From positions 41,994 to 105,993 of IMG/VR virus record IMGVR_UViG_3300031576_000008: a stretch of 64,000 bases of DNA. The stretch is one strand, 5' to 3'. Position numbers and translations under genes: made by a program. Of the stretch, positions 54,969 through 63,881 are shown one piece after another. The notes under the pieces were generated by a model. The model searched no databases. It worked only from the letters and a program-made list of their open reading frames with translations, and was not told the DNA's origin. This DNA comes from a virus. Position 1 is the first letter of the stretch, and every line of letters starts with the position of its first letter.

Positions 54969-56972
54969 ATGGCTGGTCGTCGGGCACATGTTGACGGCAC
55001 GAAGTTCGTCGAGTTCCTGCAGTCGATTCCCGAGGACGCTTTGGGGCAGGGCTATTGGCGAATCAAGCGGGAGACCAAGACCGACAAGGGCGGGGGAGTC
55101 CTCCAGTCCGTCATCGGTTACTTGGAATTCAAGTCGGATGAGGGGTATGCCGAACTCCGTGATCGCATTAGGGAAGAGATGGCGAATCATCGCGGTCCGG
55201 GGGTCTATTACGCGATCCCCTGTGACCAGACGAAAAAAGAGCTCAAGAATGTGGACATGGCGCGTTTCGAGTATAAAGATGGGGAGGTCGAGATGGCTGA
55301 GCCGCAGGTGCCTGACAATGCCAGCCCGTTGGGCGACACCCTGAAGGCTGTGAAGAAGGTCGCACAGGATGCGGCGGCCCTCCAGAATATCGACTTCCAG
55401 CGCCAGATTCTGGAGCGCTATCTCGGGAACGGCAAGGACAAGAAGGAGGAGAACGAAGTGAAAGAGACGTCGTCGTCCGGTGGCATGGACCAACTGCTCA
55501 TGATGAAGATGCTCTTCGGCGACGAGAACAAGAAGGCCACGACCACGCCGGCGGCGGAGGTCCAGCAGCTTATCGACGCCAAGCTGCAGGGCGCGATGGC
55601 CGAGATGAAGGGCCTTGTCTCTGGTCTGCAGGGCGACCTCAAGGTTATGCAGATCACGTCCCAACAGAAGCCCTCCGACGATGGCAAGTTCGAGAGGCTG
55701 CTGGAACGAATCATCACCCGGGACGACAGCAGCAAGAACGAGAGCTCCTTCCAGCAGATGATGACACTCCAGATGAAGCAGGCCGAGGACCGTGACCGCT
55801 CGAGGCAGGAGGAGGACCGCCGGCGTGACGAGACCCGCCGGGGGGAGGAGACGCGTAGAGAAGAGGCCCGCCGCGAGGATGAAAAGAAGCTCGTCGAAGA
55901 GCGCCGCATCGAGGAGAAGCGCCGGGAGGATGAACGCATCCGCTATGAGGGCGAGCGCAAGGCCGAGGAGAAGCGCCGCGAAGATGAGCGCAAGGCCGAG
56001 GAAAAGCGCCGGGACGAGGAGAGGAAGGGCGAGGAGAAGCGCCGCGAGGAGGAGCTCAAGCTCGAGCGCCAGAAGTGGGAGGAGTCGATCAAGACCGAGC
56101 GCGAGAAGTCTACCGAGACGGCCAAGGAAGAGCGCCGGCGTTACGACGAGGAGCTCAAGATCCGCCGTGAAGAGATGAAGCTCGAATCCGAGAAGTCCCG
56201 GACGAACGCCGTCGAGCAGCAGAAATACCAGCTGCAGATCCTCGATCTCGTGAAGAACTCGAAGGAATCCGGCCTCGAGCTCACGGCCAAGGTCATGGAG
56301 ACGATGACGACGTCGGGTATGGCGTCCATGAAGACGGCGCATGAGGCAGCGACCTCGATCATCGATATTGCCAAGAGGGCTGGTCCGCACAAGGAGGAGG
56401 GTGGGATCGGCGACACGATCAAGGACATCGCCGGGCTCGCCGCCCCGCTCCTTGCGCCGTACGCGGACGCTCACGCCAAGGCGGGCCTCATGCAGCAGTT
56501 GCAGGCCCAGAGGGCCGCCATGGGTGGGACCCCCAAGAGGCCGCGCCCGGAGCAGCCCGCTCCTGCCCCGGCTCCTGCCCCTGCTGTAACCTCGACGCCT
56601 GCCGCAGACAACGCTAACATGTCGGGAACGACTGGTTCCGAAACGAAGCCGAAGGAGGGCTTTTCGATGATCGCTCAGTACATGAAGACGTACCCGGTGA
56701 TGAAGTATGCAATGCTCGGCAACATCAAGGACAAGATCGGGGTCAAGAAGTTCCTTCCGATCATCACCGGACTCAATCAGGAGACGCTGGAAGGTCTCTT
56801 GGCCAACCTGCCGCCCGAGGTCCTCATGTCCGAGGTGAAGCAGGTCTGCACCGACGAGGAGAAGAAGCTCGTCGACGAGAACAAGCCGTGGTTCGAGGAG
56901 TTCCGCAAGGAGATGATCGCGCTGCTCGACGAGGAGGAGGAAGAGGAGGAAGAGGTCCCGGCCAAGAAGTAA
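54969..56972 (+). CDS. long coiled-coil / charged single-alpha-helix protein
   Basis: GGAGG RBS; tandem 11-aa units RKAEEKRREDE at ~55900-56060; acidic tail. Confidence 0.8.
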   Translation: MAGRRAHVDGTKFVEFLQSIPEDALGQGYWRIKRETKTDKGGGVLQSVIGYLEFKSDEGYAELRDRIREEMANHRGPGVYYAIPCDQTKKELKNVDMARFEYKDGEVEMAEPQVPDNASPLGDTLKAVKKVAQDAAALQNIDFQRQILERYLGNGKDKKEENEVKETSSSGGMDQLLMMKMLFGDENKKATTTPAAEVQQLIDAKLQGAMAEMKGLVSGLQGDLKVMQITSQQKPSDDGKFERLLERIITRDDSSKNESSFQQMMTLQMKQAEDRDRSRQEEDRRRDETRRGEETRREEARREDEKKLVEERRIEEKRREDERIRYEGERKAEEKRREDERKAEEKRRDEERKGEEKRREEELKLERQKWEESIKTEREKSTETAKEERRRYDEELKIRREEMKLESEKSRTNAVEQQKYQLQILDLVKNSKESGLELTAKVMETMTTSGMASMKTAHEAATSIIDIAKRAGPHKEEGGIGDTIKDIAGLAAPLLAPYADAHAKAGLMQQLQAQRAAMGGTPKRPRPEQPAPAPAPAPAVTSTPAADNANMSGTTGSETKPKEGFSMIAQYMKTYPVMKYAMLGNIKDKIGVKKFLPIITGLNQETLEGLLANLPPEVLMSEVKQVCTDEEKKLVDENKPWFEEFRKEMIALLDEEEEEEEEVPAKK

Positions 56973-57068
56973 CGATCGGACGGGAAGAGGCCGGGATTTC
57001 TGAAGGGCCTTCGAGTCGCTACGCCCTAGCGGGCTTGGTACGCTGAGACGAGGCTTGTTGTAGAGCCC

Positions 57069-58784
57069 ATGAGTGTTGTACACTCATCTCTCGGAGGCAA
57101 TGTGGTCAGAATCCTACGCGTCCTTGCCGATCTTGCGGAAGCCAAGCAGCGGCTTGCGAATCTCTCGGTGCCGCCGCCGATGCAGGTCACCGTGGCTACG
57201 ATTCCGGGCGGCGACGCCGGTACGAAAGAGACGCTGGAGCGGATGCGCAACATCGTCTGGCGTTCCATCAAGGACAGGGATCAGGGCGCGTTCATTCGTG
57301 GGCTGGCGATCAAGATCACATCCGCCGCCGGCTGCAAGACCAAGGAATTCAGGTGCGAAGCCAAGGCTCTCTTCGAATGGGTCCGCGACAACGTCAAGTG
57401 GATCCGCGACGTCAAGGGCTTTGAGACGCTGCAGTATCCTCACCGGACGCTCGCCTACGGCGCGGGCGACGCCTTCCGGAAGGACACCAAGATCATCGTC
57501 CGGAAGAAGCTCGACAATACGTACAGGACTGTCGAGATCGGCTCGCTCGAGAATTGTTCCAGCGAATACGATGCCCTTTCGTTCAACTACGGGAAGGGCG
57601 AGTTTGAATTCAAGCCGATCGTGGCTTGGTACGACAAGGGCGTGAAACCCATGTACCGGATCGAGACCCGGAACCATCGGGTTCTCAATGTCTCGACGAA
57701 GCATCTGATCGATGCCTTCTGCCTGAAGAACTCGAACTTCGGTTCCATGGCGCTCCGTCGCGGCGTGGAGGCGGAAGAACTGTTCACGACCTTTCCGCCG
57801 AGACACCGGCCCCAGCTCCCGTTCGCGACCAAGATCCCGGAACTCGGCACGATCAATCATCTGACTAGTGAGCAGATGTTCCTCGAAGGAATGTATCTGG
57901 CCGAGGGATGGGCTGAAAAGCACTCAAGCGGAGCACGTACGGCCGAAGGGGACGTTCCTGCCCGCATCTGCATCGGCGTCAAGGATGACGTCCTTTTCCA
58001 GAAGCTGGAAGATTCGGCTAAAGCATGTGGGATCGGCTACTACACGCACACGCAGCCGAACGGAGTCAAAGTGCTCCGGACGAGCGACCATGGCTTCCGT
58101 CAGCGCATCTTGACCAAGTTCGGGAAAGGTTCCTTCGAGAAGACGATTCCCGAAGAATATCTGTCGATCTCACGGGACCGCATGACCGAACTTGTGGGGG
58201 CCTATGCCGCCGGCGATGCCTACAAGCCCAAGCCGGGGAGCCGCTGGTCGAAGATGGCGAATCTCATCCATAACACGAGTTCGTCAAAGCTCGCTCAGAT
58301 GCTCGGATTCCTCCATCTCGTCATGGGCCGTCCGCTGCATCCGATGCTCCAGATGAACCACATGGGATCAGGGCATTCGCCGATCTGGCGGCTCATCGAG
58401 CGGAAGAACATCAAGTGCTATAAGCCGAAGATCGGCGATGTGGCAGGTGCCGCGATTGCCAAGTTCGAGGAGAACGGCGAGGCCGAATGCTGTGACATCA
58501 CGGTACTCGATAACCACAACGTCGTGACCGACTGTGGTATTGTTGTACATCAGTGTGATGATCTGTCCACACTTCTCGCGGCGCTGGCTGTCTCCATTGG
58601 CATCCCCACGCAGTTCCGCGCCATCGCCGCCAATCCCCAGAAGAAGCACATGTACTCGCATGTTTATGTGATCATGGATCCGTTGGGGACCGAGCACTGG
58701 ATCGCAGCAGACCCCACCGTCAAGAGCGCGCCGTTCGGATGGGAGAGCTCGATCAGGTACAAAACTTTTGACCTTGAGGTCTAG
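57069..58784 (+). CDS. transglutaminase-like Cys enzyme (candidate maturation protease) with intein
   Basis: Spliced product (210 aa): LFEWVRDN..ETLQYP.RTL..GAGD|CDD..SHVY..AADPT; Cys-His-Asp triad. Confidence 0.85.
   Translation: MSVVHSSLGGNVVRILRVLADLAEAKQRLANLSVPPPMQVTVATIPGGDAGTKETLERMRNIVWRSIKDRDQGAFIRGLAIKITSAAGCKTKEFRCEAKALFEWVRDNVKWIRDVKGFETLQYPHRTLAYGAGDAFRKDTKIIVRKKLDNTYRTVEIGSLENCSSEYDALSFNYGKGEFEFKPIVAWYDKGVKPMYRIETRNHRVLNVSTKHLIDAFCLKNSNFGSMALRRGVEAEELFTTFPPRHRPQLPFATKIPELGTINHLTSEQMFLEGMYLAEGWAEKHSSGARTAEGDVPARICIGVKDDVLFQKLEDSAKACGIGYYTHTQPNGVKVLRTSDHGFRQRILTKFGKGSFEKTIPEEYLSISRDRMTELVGAYAAGDAYKPKPGSRWSKMANLIHNTSSSKLAQMLGFLHLVMGRPLHPMLQMNHMGSGHSPIWRLIERKNIKCYKPKIGDVAGAAIAKFEENGEAECCDITVLDNHNVVTDCGIVVHQCDDLSTLLAALAVSIGIPTQFRAIAANPQKKHMYSHVYVIMDPLGTEHWIAADPTVKSAPFGWESSIRYKTFDLEV
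57471..58553 (+). mobile_element. intein (361 aa) with Ala1 and C-terminal Gln
   Basis: GD|AFRKDTKIIV...CCDITVLDNHNVVTDCGIVVHQ|CDD; block B STKH; LAGLIDADG-like LEGMYLAEG and VGAYAAGDA. Confidence 0.85.
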
Positions 58785-58785
58785 C

Positions 58786-58995
58786 GTGTCTGATCCTCTT
58801 GAGCTCATGCTCGACGATGAAGCTTTGATGCTTGCATCGGCGGGGATCGAAATGTATCGTCAAGACCATCTGGAAGAGCTTGCCGAGAAGCTTGCCGACG
58901 AGATCGAGTTCATCGAGGAGCTCGCCGCACTAGGGGCCGTGGTCATGAGCCCAGCCGGATTCATGTCTCAAGAATTCCCTGAAAAGGAGGCCTAG
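58786..58995 (+). CDS. small acidic protein
   Basis: GTG start 1 nt after the upstream stop. Confidence 0.5.
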   Translation: MSDPLELMLDDEALMLASAGIEMYRQDHLEELAEKLADEIEFIEELAALGAVVMSPAGFMSQEFPEKEA

Positions 58996-58999
58996 GCTC

Positions 59000-59473
59000 A
59001 TGGTCACTGTGATGGAGCGCGCTCACGCAAGCAACGAGTCGCTGTTCAATATGGGCGACTACGACAGCGGGATGTTCGGTCAGGACTATTCGATGTTCGG
59101 CGACAAGCTCGGCCAGACGATGGTCCCGCCGCCCGAACAGCTCTTCTCGCTCTCGGCGCTTTCGGCGGGTCTTCCCGGACTGGCGCAGTTGCCGGCGGTG
59201 AACCTCGCGTTCAACCAGAAGAAGTTCGACGTGCGCATGGACGGACTCGGGCAGGCCATGCCTCAGCTCGCTGGTGGTACGCTCATGGCGGCCGGCCTCA
59301 TCAGCGGCACGCTTCAGGCGCTGATGTTCGGATTCCTCTGGCGCAACATCGGCCACGAGCAGAACAACTTCTGGAAGATCATCGGCTATCTCGGCTTGGC
59401 GTCGTCCGGCATCGGCGTGCTCGGGTCGGTCGCGGCCATTGTTGGCGGTGGTGTGGCGGCGGCGAAGAGCTAG
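59000..59473 (+). CDS. putative virion membrane protein
   Basis: AGGAGG RBS; two C-terminal hydrophobic helices; repeated (M/F/L)G(D/Q) motifs. Confidence 0.7.
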   Translation: MVTVMERAHASNESLFNMGDYDSGMFGQDYSMFGDKLGQTMVPPPEQLFSLSALSAGLPGLAQLPAVNLAFNQKKFDVRMDGLGQAMPQLAGGTLMAAGLISGTLQALMFGFLWRNIGHEQNNFWKIIGYLGLASSGIGVLGSVAAIVGGGVAAAKS

Positions 59474-59494
59474 GAGAAATAAGAGCGAAGTATA

Positions 59495-59523
59495 TTGACA
59501 CCGTGCTAAGTCGCGCGCATAAT
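59495..59523 (+). promoter_or_regulatory. sigma70-type promoter
   Basis: TTGACA (59495-59500) - 17 nt - CATAAT (59518-59523). Confidence 0.8.
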
Positions 59524-59617
59524 CAGACGTATAGGGAGCAGCTGGCTCCGATCCCGAGAGGGGCTTTCTCGAGGGCCCGAGGTGACGAGATGTATGGGCC
59601 TACTATCGAGAGCCAAC

Positions 59618-59911
59618 ATGCCGGACGTGACAAAGACGTCAAGTGCGGGGAAAACGGAAGAGCCTGCTCTGGAGCCGCAGAACAAAGCTGCGGGGACGCC
59701 TCCCGAGGCGACAATCTCCGGATCCGAAACAAGCTCGTCCGTACCGGGACCTCGCAAGCTGCCGAAGCGCAAGGGCATTGAAGGAGCGAAGAGACTCGTG
59801 TGCAAACGGTGCAACCATTTCTTGGGTGAGGTGAAGGGCAAGGATTTCGAAGCCCTCCTCCTCTGTCACCGCTGCAAGACGGAAAACTCGTTCGCTTTCC
59901 AAGAGCTGTAG
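59618..59911 (+). CDS. Com-like zinc-ribbon regulator
   Basis: LVCKRCNHFLGE..LLCHRCKTEN resembles the Mu Com CxxC..L..CxRC..N pattern. Confidence 0.65.
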   Translation: MPDVTKTSSAGKTEEPALEPQNKAAGTPPEATISGSETSSSVPGPRKLPKRKGIEGAKRLVCKRCNHFLGEVKGKDFEALLLCHRCKTENSFAFQEL

Positions 59912-59917
59912 CACATC

Positions 59918-59984
59918 AAGGGGCATCAGAGCCCGATGGTTTAAGGGGCACCCGCCCAACTTGTCACAGGGGCACAAGAGCCCG
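59918..59984 (+). repeat. three AGGGGCA..GCCC hairpin repeats
   Basis: AAGGGGCATCAGAGCCCG, AAGGGGCACCCGCCC, CAGGGGCACAAGAGCCCG between the com-like gene and the next start. Confidence 0.6.
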
Positions 59985-60014
59985 TGGACTGGTTTTCTAT
60001 CATCGAGGACTCTG

Positions 60015-61238
60015 ATGCTGAAAAACGCTTCCGCCCCGGTCGGAACAGAGGTCGAGGACATCGATCTCGTGAAGCTCCTCGAGGACGTCGACATCAACAT
60101 CGACGAGCTCGGTATCCCCGAGCTCGGCATCGACGAGCTCGAGCTGGATGAAGAAGAAGAGGATGGTCTGGGCGAACTCGGCCGCGCCCGTCGCGCCCGT
60201 CGTCGCGGTCGCAAGTCCCGTCGCGGTCGCGCCCGCGCCCGCAAGGGTGGCAAGAAGGGCCGTCGCGGCAAGAAGGTCCGCATGCCCAAGGGCAAGAGCA
60301 AGAAGGCGAAGGCCGCTCGCGGCCGTCTCATCGCCAAGATTCTGGCCCGCACGAAGACGGGCCGGTTCAAGAGCCGCAAGACGCCGATCGGCGTCTCGGG
60401 CATCGAGGGGTCGCCCGAGCTCATGGACCTCATGGCTCTCTCCGCGATCGACTCGCTCGGCGCGGTGAAGGGCAAGCGGCGCGGCAAGAAGGGCCGCAAG
60501 GCCAGCCGCAAGGCCAGCCGCAAGGCCGGTCGGAAGGGCCGTCGTCGCGGTCGCAAGGGCATGCGCGGTCTGGCCGGTCTGGCCGACATGGCCAACGGTC
60601 TGGCCGAAGTCGAAGTCGCCAACTCGATGCCGGTTCTGGGCGTCTTCCAGTACCTCGCCACGCCGGCAGGTCTCGAGGCGCTCGGCGGCGTCGCGCTCGG
60701 CGCGGTGGTGCCGGGCCTCGTCGGTCGCGGCATCTTCGGGAAGCTCATCGGCGCTCCGATCAATCCGCTGACGGGCGCTCCGAAGGACTGGTACTGGGAC
60801 GTGGCTTCGAGCCTCGTCGGTGCGATCGGCGTCTGGGAGTTCGGCCGGCTCATCGGCGCGGGCAACGCGGCCAAGTTCGGCGCGTTCTACGCGCTGGGCA
60901 GCCTGATCGATCGGCTGCTGCTCACGCCGTGGGTTCTCGACAAGATCCTGCCGGTCCCCGGAAGGCCGACGTCCGGCCTCGGTCAGATCCTCTTCCCCGG
61001 CGTCAAGCGTCCGGACTACGCGACGAACCCGCTGTCGGGGTTCGGCACGGTCCGGATCCCCGATCAGGATGAGCTGAAGGGGCTGGGCACGGTTCGGATC
61101 CCCGATCAGGATCCTTCGCTGGGCACGGTTCGCATCCCTGACACCGAGATGGTCGGTGTTGGTGAGGACATCGTGACCGAGGAGGAACTGCTCGGTCAGG
61201 ACGATGGAACGTCGGTGGAGGACTCCGAGATCTTCTAG
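60015..61238 (+). CDS. Arg/Lys-rich putative core/membrane precursor protein
   Basis: Acidic N-terminus, two protamine-like R/K/G tracts, hydrophobic middle, three GTVRIPD repeats. Confidence 0.8.
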   Translation: MLKNASAPVGTEVEDIDLVKLLEDVDINIDELGIPELGIDELELDEEEEDGLGELGRARRARRRGRKSRRGRARARKGGKKGRRGKKVRMPKGKSKKAKAARGRLIAKILARTKTGRFKSRKTPIGVSGIEGSPELMDLMALSAIDSLGAVKGKRRGKKGRKASRKASRKAGRKGRRRGRKGMRGLAGLADMANGLAEVEVANSMPVLGVFQYLATPAGLEALGGVALGAVVPGLVGRGIFGKLIGAPINPLTGAPKDWYWDVASSLVGAIGVWEFGRLIGAGNAAKFGAFYALGSLIDRLLLTPWVLDKILPVPGRPTSGLGQILFPGVKRPDYATNPLSGFGTVRIPDQDELKGLGTVRIPDQDPSLGTVRIPDTEMVGVGEDIVTEEELLGQDDGTSVEDSEIF

Positions 61239-61246
61239 ATCTCAAA

Positions 61247-61312
61247 CCGGAGAGGGTCGAAAGGCCCTCTCCGGACCTCCGGGCGCTCGTGCGTCGAGCG
61301 TCCAGAGGTCCG
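61247..61312 (+). terminator. double hairpin between convergent genes
   Basis: CCGGAGAGGG-TCGAAAGG-CCCTCTCCGG and GGACCTC..GAGGTCC. Confidence 0.5.
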
Positions 61313-61334
61313 GCGGTTCTTTGAAAAGCGGGTA

Positions 61335-61931
61335 TCAGGCAAGAAGCAGGGATCGAATGTCCTCTTCGGACATCTCGCGATTGTCGAACTCCCAGTGATG
61401 GTTCTTGCAGAGGGCCACAAGATTCCCGATGTCGTTGATCTCGGAGATGAGCGCATCGGGCGGGAAGTCGGCCACGTCGCGCTTGTGGGCCACGTCGAAG
61501 TGCCTGTCGTAGCCGCAGATGACGCACTTCTTGGGCTTGTCGGTCTTCAGGTAAGTACGGCGAGCGTGATTTGAGATTTTGGAATGGGCATTTTTGTTGC
61601 CGACATCGGCCTTACGGCCAATGGTCTTGTCCCGAAGTTTTTCGACTTCCATGCGGAAAACATCGAGCTTGCTCATGTCTGGCAACTGGTTCCGGAATCT
61701 CAATGTGGGCTCCCATCCATCTCGGGCACGAGCAGAACATTGATAACCACAAAAGCGACGTCCTCTGGCTTGACGTGGATGCCAGTGACTCTTGACTTCA
61801 ATCGGCTTTCCACAGAACTCACAGCGGTTCGGATTGCGATAGTAGTCTTCAAGGGTCTTGAGACGTTGCTCGGCTCCTCGCAGCAATCCACCTTTCGAGC
61901 CATTTTTGGCGGAATCGGTTGGGTTAAACAT
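61335..61931 (-). CDS. free-standing HNH endonuclease
   Basis: CEFCG, FCGYQCS, CVICG..DVAHK..NDIGNLVALCKNHH. Confidence 0.85.
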   Translation of the reverse strand: MFNPTDSAKNGSKGGLLRGAEQRLKTLEDYYRNPNRCEFCGKPIEVKSHWHPRQARGRRFCGYQCSARARDGWEPTLRFRNQLPDMSKLDVFRMEVEKLRDKTIGRKADVGNKNAHSKISNHARRTYLKTDKPKKCVICGYDRHFDVAHKRDVADFPPDALISEINDIGNLVALCKNHHWEFDNREMSEEDIRSLLLA

Positions 61932-62112
61932 CTGAGATGAAGACGTGCCTTGATGCACGTTCTTAGAAAAATTCGTTCCGATGGAAGCGCGCTATCGGGA
62001 CACCGCAGGTAGATGGACGGACACACCTGCATAAATAAGTGTTCGTCAAGCAGGTCGGTGATAGGCAACCTGCGTACACAATGCCTATCGGAAGCTTTGA
62101 AGGAGGTTCTTT

Positions 62113-62960
62113 GTGAGCCGAGTCAAAGGCGCAAAGAACGTGTTAGGCCTTTGACCCGTAAGGACTTAGAGATAAGTCCTACTGATGCACCTTCCACGAG
62201 TAATCGTGGTCGAAAAACCGGGTGAATTCGGTGGAGCCCAAACGGGTAATGCCGTGGGGAATACCGAGCGAAGCCTCGAAAGAGGAACGTGTAGAGACTA
62301 TCCCGAAAGGGAGTAGGCCCAGAAGGGGAAGTTCCTTCTGAGGTCGAAGCGCCCGGCCCCGCGAAAGCGGGTGATGATATAGTCCGATCCTTCGGGAAAC
62401 CGGAGAGCGAGCTTAAGTGCTTGCATGCCAAAGATCAGGGCTGGCTTTACGACACCAACGTGGTGGCGGCGGCTCCGGCGGTGACGACGGAGCAGCTGTA
62501 CTTCGTGGTGCCGAAGGGTCAGGCGGGCAAGACGGCGTCGGACACGAACCTCGACGTCGGCGGGCAGTTGACGGGCGTCAACGCCTTCCAGATCAGGAGC
62601 TGGGTCTTCAAGATGGAAGATCTGACGCTCACGGCCAACGCGAAGCTGCTGCAGATCGGCAACTTCACGCTGATCATCAACAGCACGCCCATCCCCGACC
62701 CGATCCCGATCGAGTTCATCATGGGTGGGGCGGCGCTGCTCGAGTCGGTTCGTGGCCCGGCGGCGGCTCCGGAGTTCCGCTCGATCGGCGGCACCGGCAA
62801 CATCACGAACGTGCTGAGCTTCACTCGGCCGTTCCTCGTGACGCTCGATCCGGGCGACACGTTCAACGTGCAGGTGGTGTACCCCGGCGGCATCTCGCCG
62901 ACGGAGACCATCCGCACGCGCGTGAACCTGTTCGGTCGTCGCGCGAAGCCCGTGATGTGA
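62113..62960 (+). CDS. candidate single jelly-roll capsid protein; join(62113..62143,62434..62960), 185 aa
   Basis: AGGAGG RBS and GTG 62113; splicing gives MSRVKGAKNVYQGWLYDT..; beta-rich LYDT..LYF.VPKG..GKT..DTN..GQL; followed by a strong terminator. Confidence 0.6.
62144..62433 (+). mobile_element. group I intron (290 nt, no internal ORF)
   Basis: IGS CUGAU-GCAC (62182-62190) pairs with 5' exon GUGU (G-U at the splice site) and 3' exon AUCAG; P3 CCGGG/CCCGG; P7 GACUAU/AUAGUC; terminal G 62433; reading frame restored. Confidence 0.88.
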
Positions 62961-63021
62961 ATCCTGTTGGTATACAAGGACTTACGTTCTTGTGTACCGA
63001 AGGGCCACAAGAAGGCAAAGA

Positions 63022-63063
63022 TCAGGTGGGGTCGAAAGGCCCCACCTGTTTCTTTTTCTCTTT
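63022..63063 (+). terminator. intrinsic terminator
   Basis: CAGGTGGGG-TCGAAAGG-CCCCACCTG followed by TTTCTTTTT. Confidence 0.85.
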
Positions 63064-63131
63064 CTCTTCAAGTTGTATCTAAGTTTAGCGGTCTAAGATC
63101 CGCCACACAGAAAGCTAAACTTGGAGACAAC

Positions 63132-63881
63132 GTGGGTGATCGTGATGAGGCCGTTAGGCAGTTTCTGGCTAATCCCGAGAAGCGCGGTGTGGTCTACGGC
63201 ACACTTCTTGGCGATGCCACGCTGACGTGGATCCCGCCGGGGCGCTATCAGTACAAGAAGAACCATCTGAAGTGCGGCAAGGACGGGACCTGTTATATCC
63301 GCGTCAAACATGCCGCTGACCAGAAGTCGCTCGTCCTGCACAAGCACGAGTTCATGAAGGAGATCGCCGGCAAGATCTTCGAGGCTAAACCGGCCAATCT
63401 CAAATGGCAGATGAACTACGGCTTCTACACCCAGACGTCGCTTGTATGGAAGGAGATCTACGACGAGTTCTACAAGGACGCACGCATCACGACGAACACA
63501 AAGGGGCGCATCCAGAAGTACAAGCGTATCAACCGCCAGATCCTCGATCAGGTGACTGATCGAGGTCTCGCATGGTGGATCATGGACGACGGCTGTTACA
63601 GCTACAATAAATCCAGCAGCTTCTTCCGTCTCTCCACACAGGGCTACAGCAAAGAAGAAAACCAGCTCATCATCGACTGGTTCAAGGACAAGTACAACGT
63701 CAAGGCGAGTATGCAGAAGAACGCCAGCAGAGCCACCAATGCGCTCGCCACTTACGACTCCTACGTGATCTACATCGGCGAGAGGAACTTTGCCAGCCTG
63801 CGTGATCGTCTGTCTCCCTTCATCATCCCGTCTCTCTGTACCAAGCTCGGCTATCCGGTCCAGCCGCTTCAGGTCGTCTGA
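63132..63881 (+). CDS. free-standing LAGLIDADG homing endonuclease
   Basis: VYGTLLGDA and LAWWIMDDG, LSTQGYSKEE; GTG start with GGAG RBS. Confidence 0.88.
   Translation: MGDRDEAVRQFLANPEKRGVVYGTLLGDATLTWIPPGRYQYKKNHLKCGKDGTCYIRVKHAADQKSLVLHKHEFMKEIAGKIFEAKPANLKWQMNYGFYTQTSLVWKEIYDEFYKDARITTNTKGRIQKYKRINRQILDQVTDRGLAWWIMDDGCYSYNKSSSFFRLSTQGYSKEENQLIIDWFKDKYNVKASMQKNASRATNALATYDSYVIYIGERNFASLRDRLSPFIIPSLCTKLGYPVQPLQVV

Noticed and set aside
2034-57083. Long antisense ORFs (e.g. 2034..3731, 18823..20154, 28008..29348, 37080..38726, 54915..57083)
   Set aside because: Shadow frames of real genes in high-GC DNA; no motifs or RBS.
57471-58553. Class 3 intein
   Set aside because: Block F4 is Asp and the Trp of the WCT signature is absent; class 2-like fits better.
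61335-61931. HNH gene encoded inside the group I intron
   Set aside because: The intron boundaries (62144-62433) exclude it, and it lies on the opposite strand.
62421-62433. TTG start at 62421 for the capsid candidate
   Set aside because: It lies inside the intron 3' end with no RBS; the spliced start at 62113 has AGGAGG.
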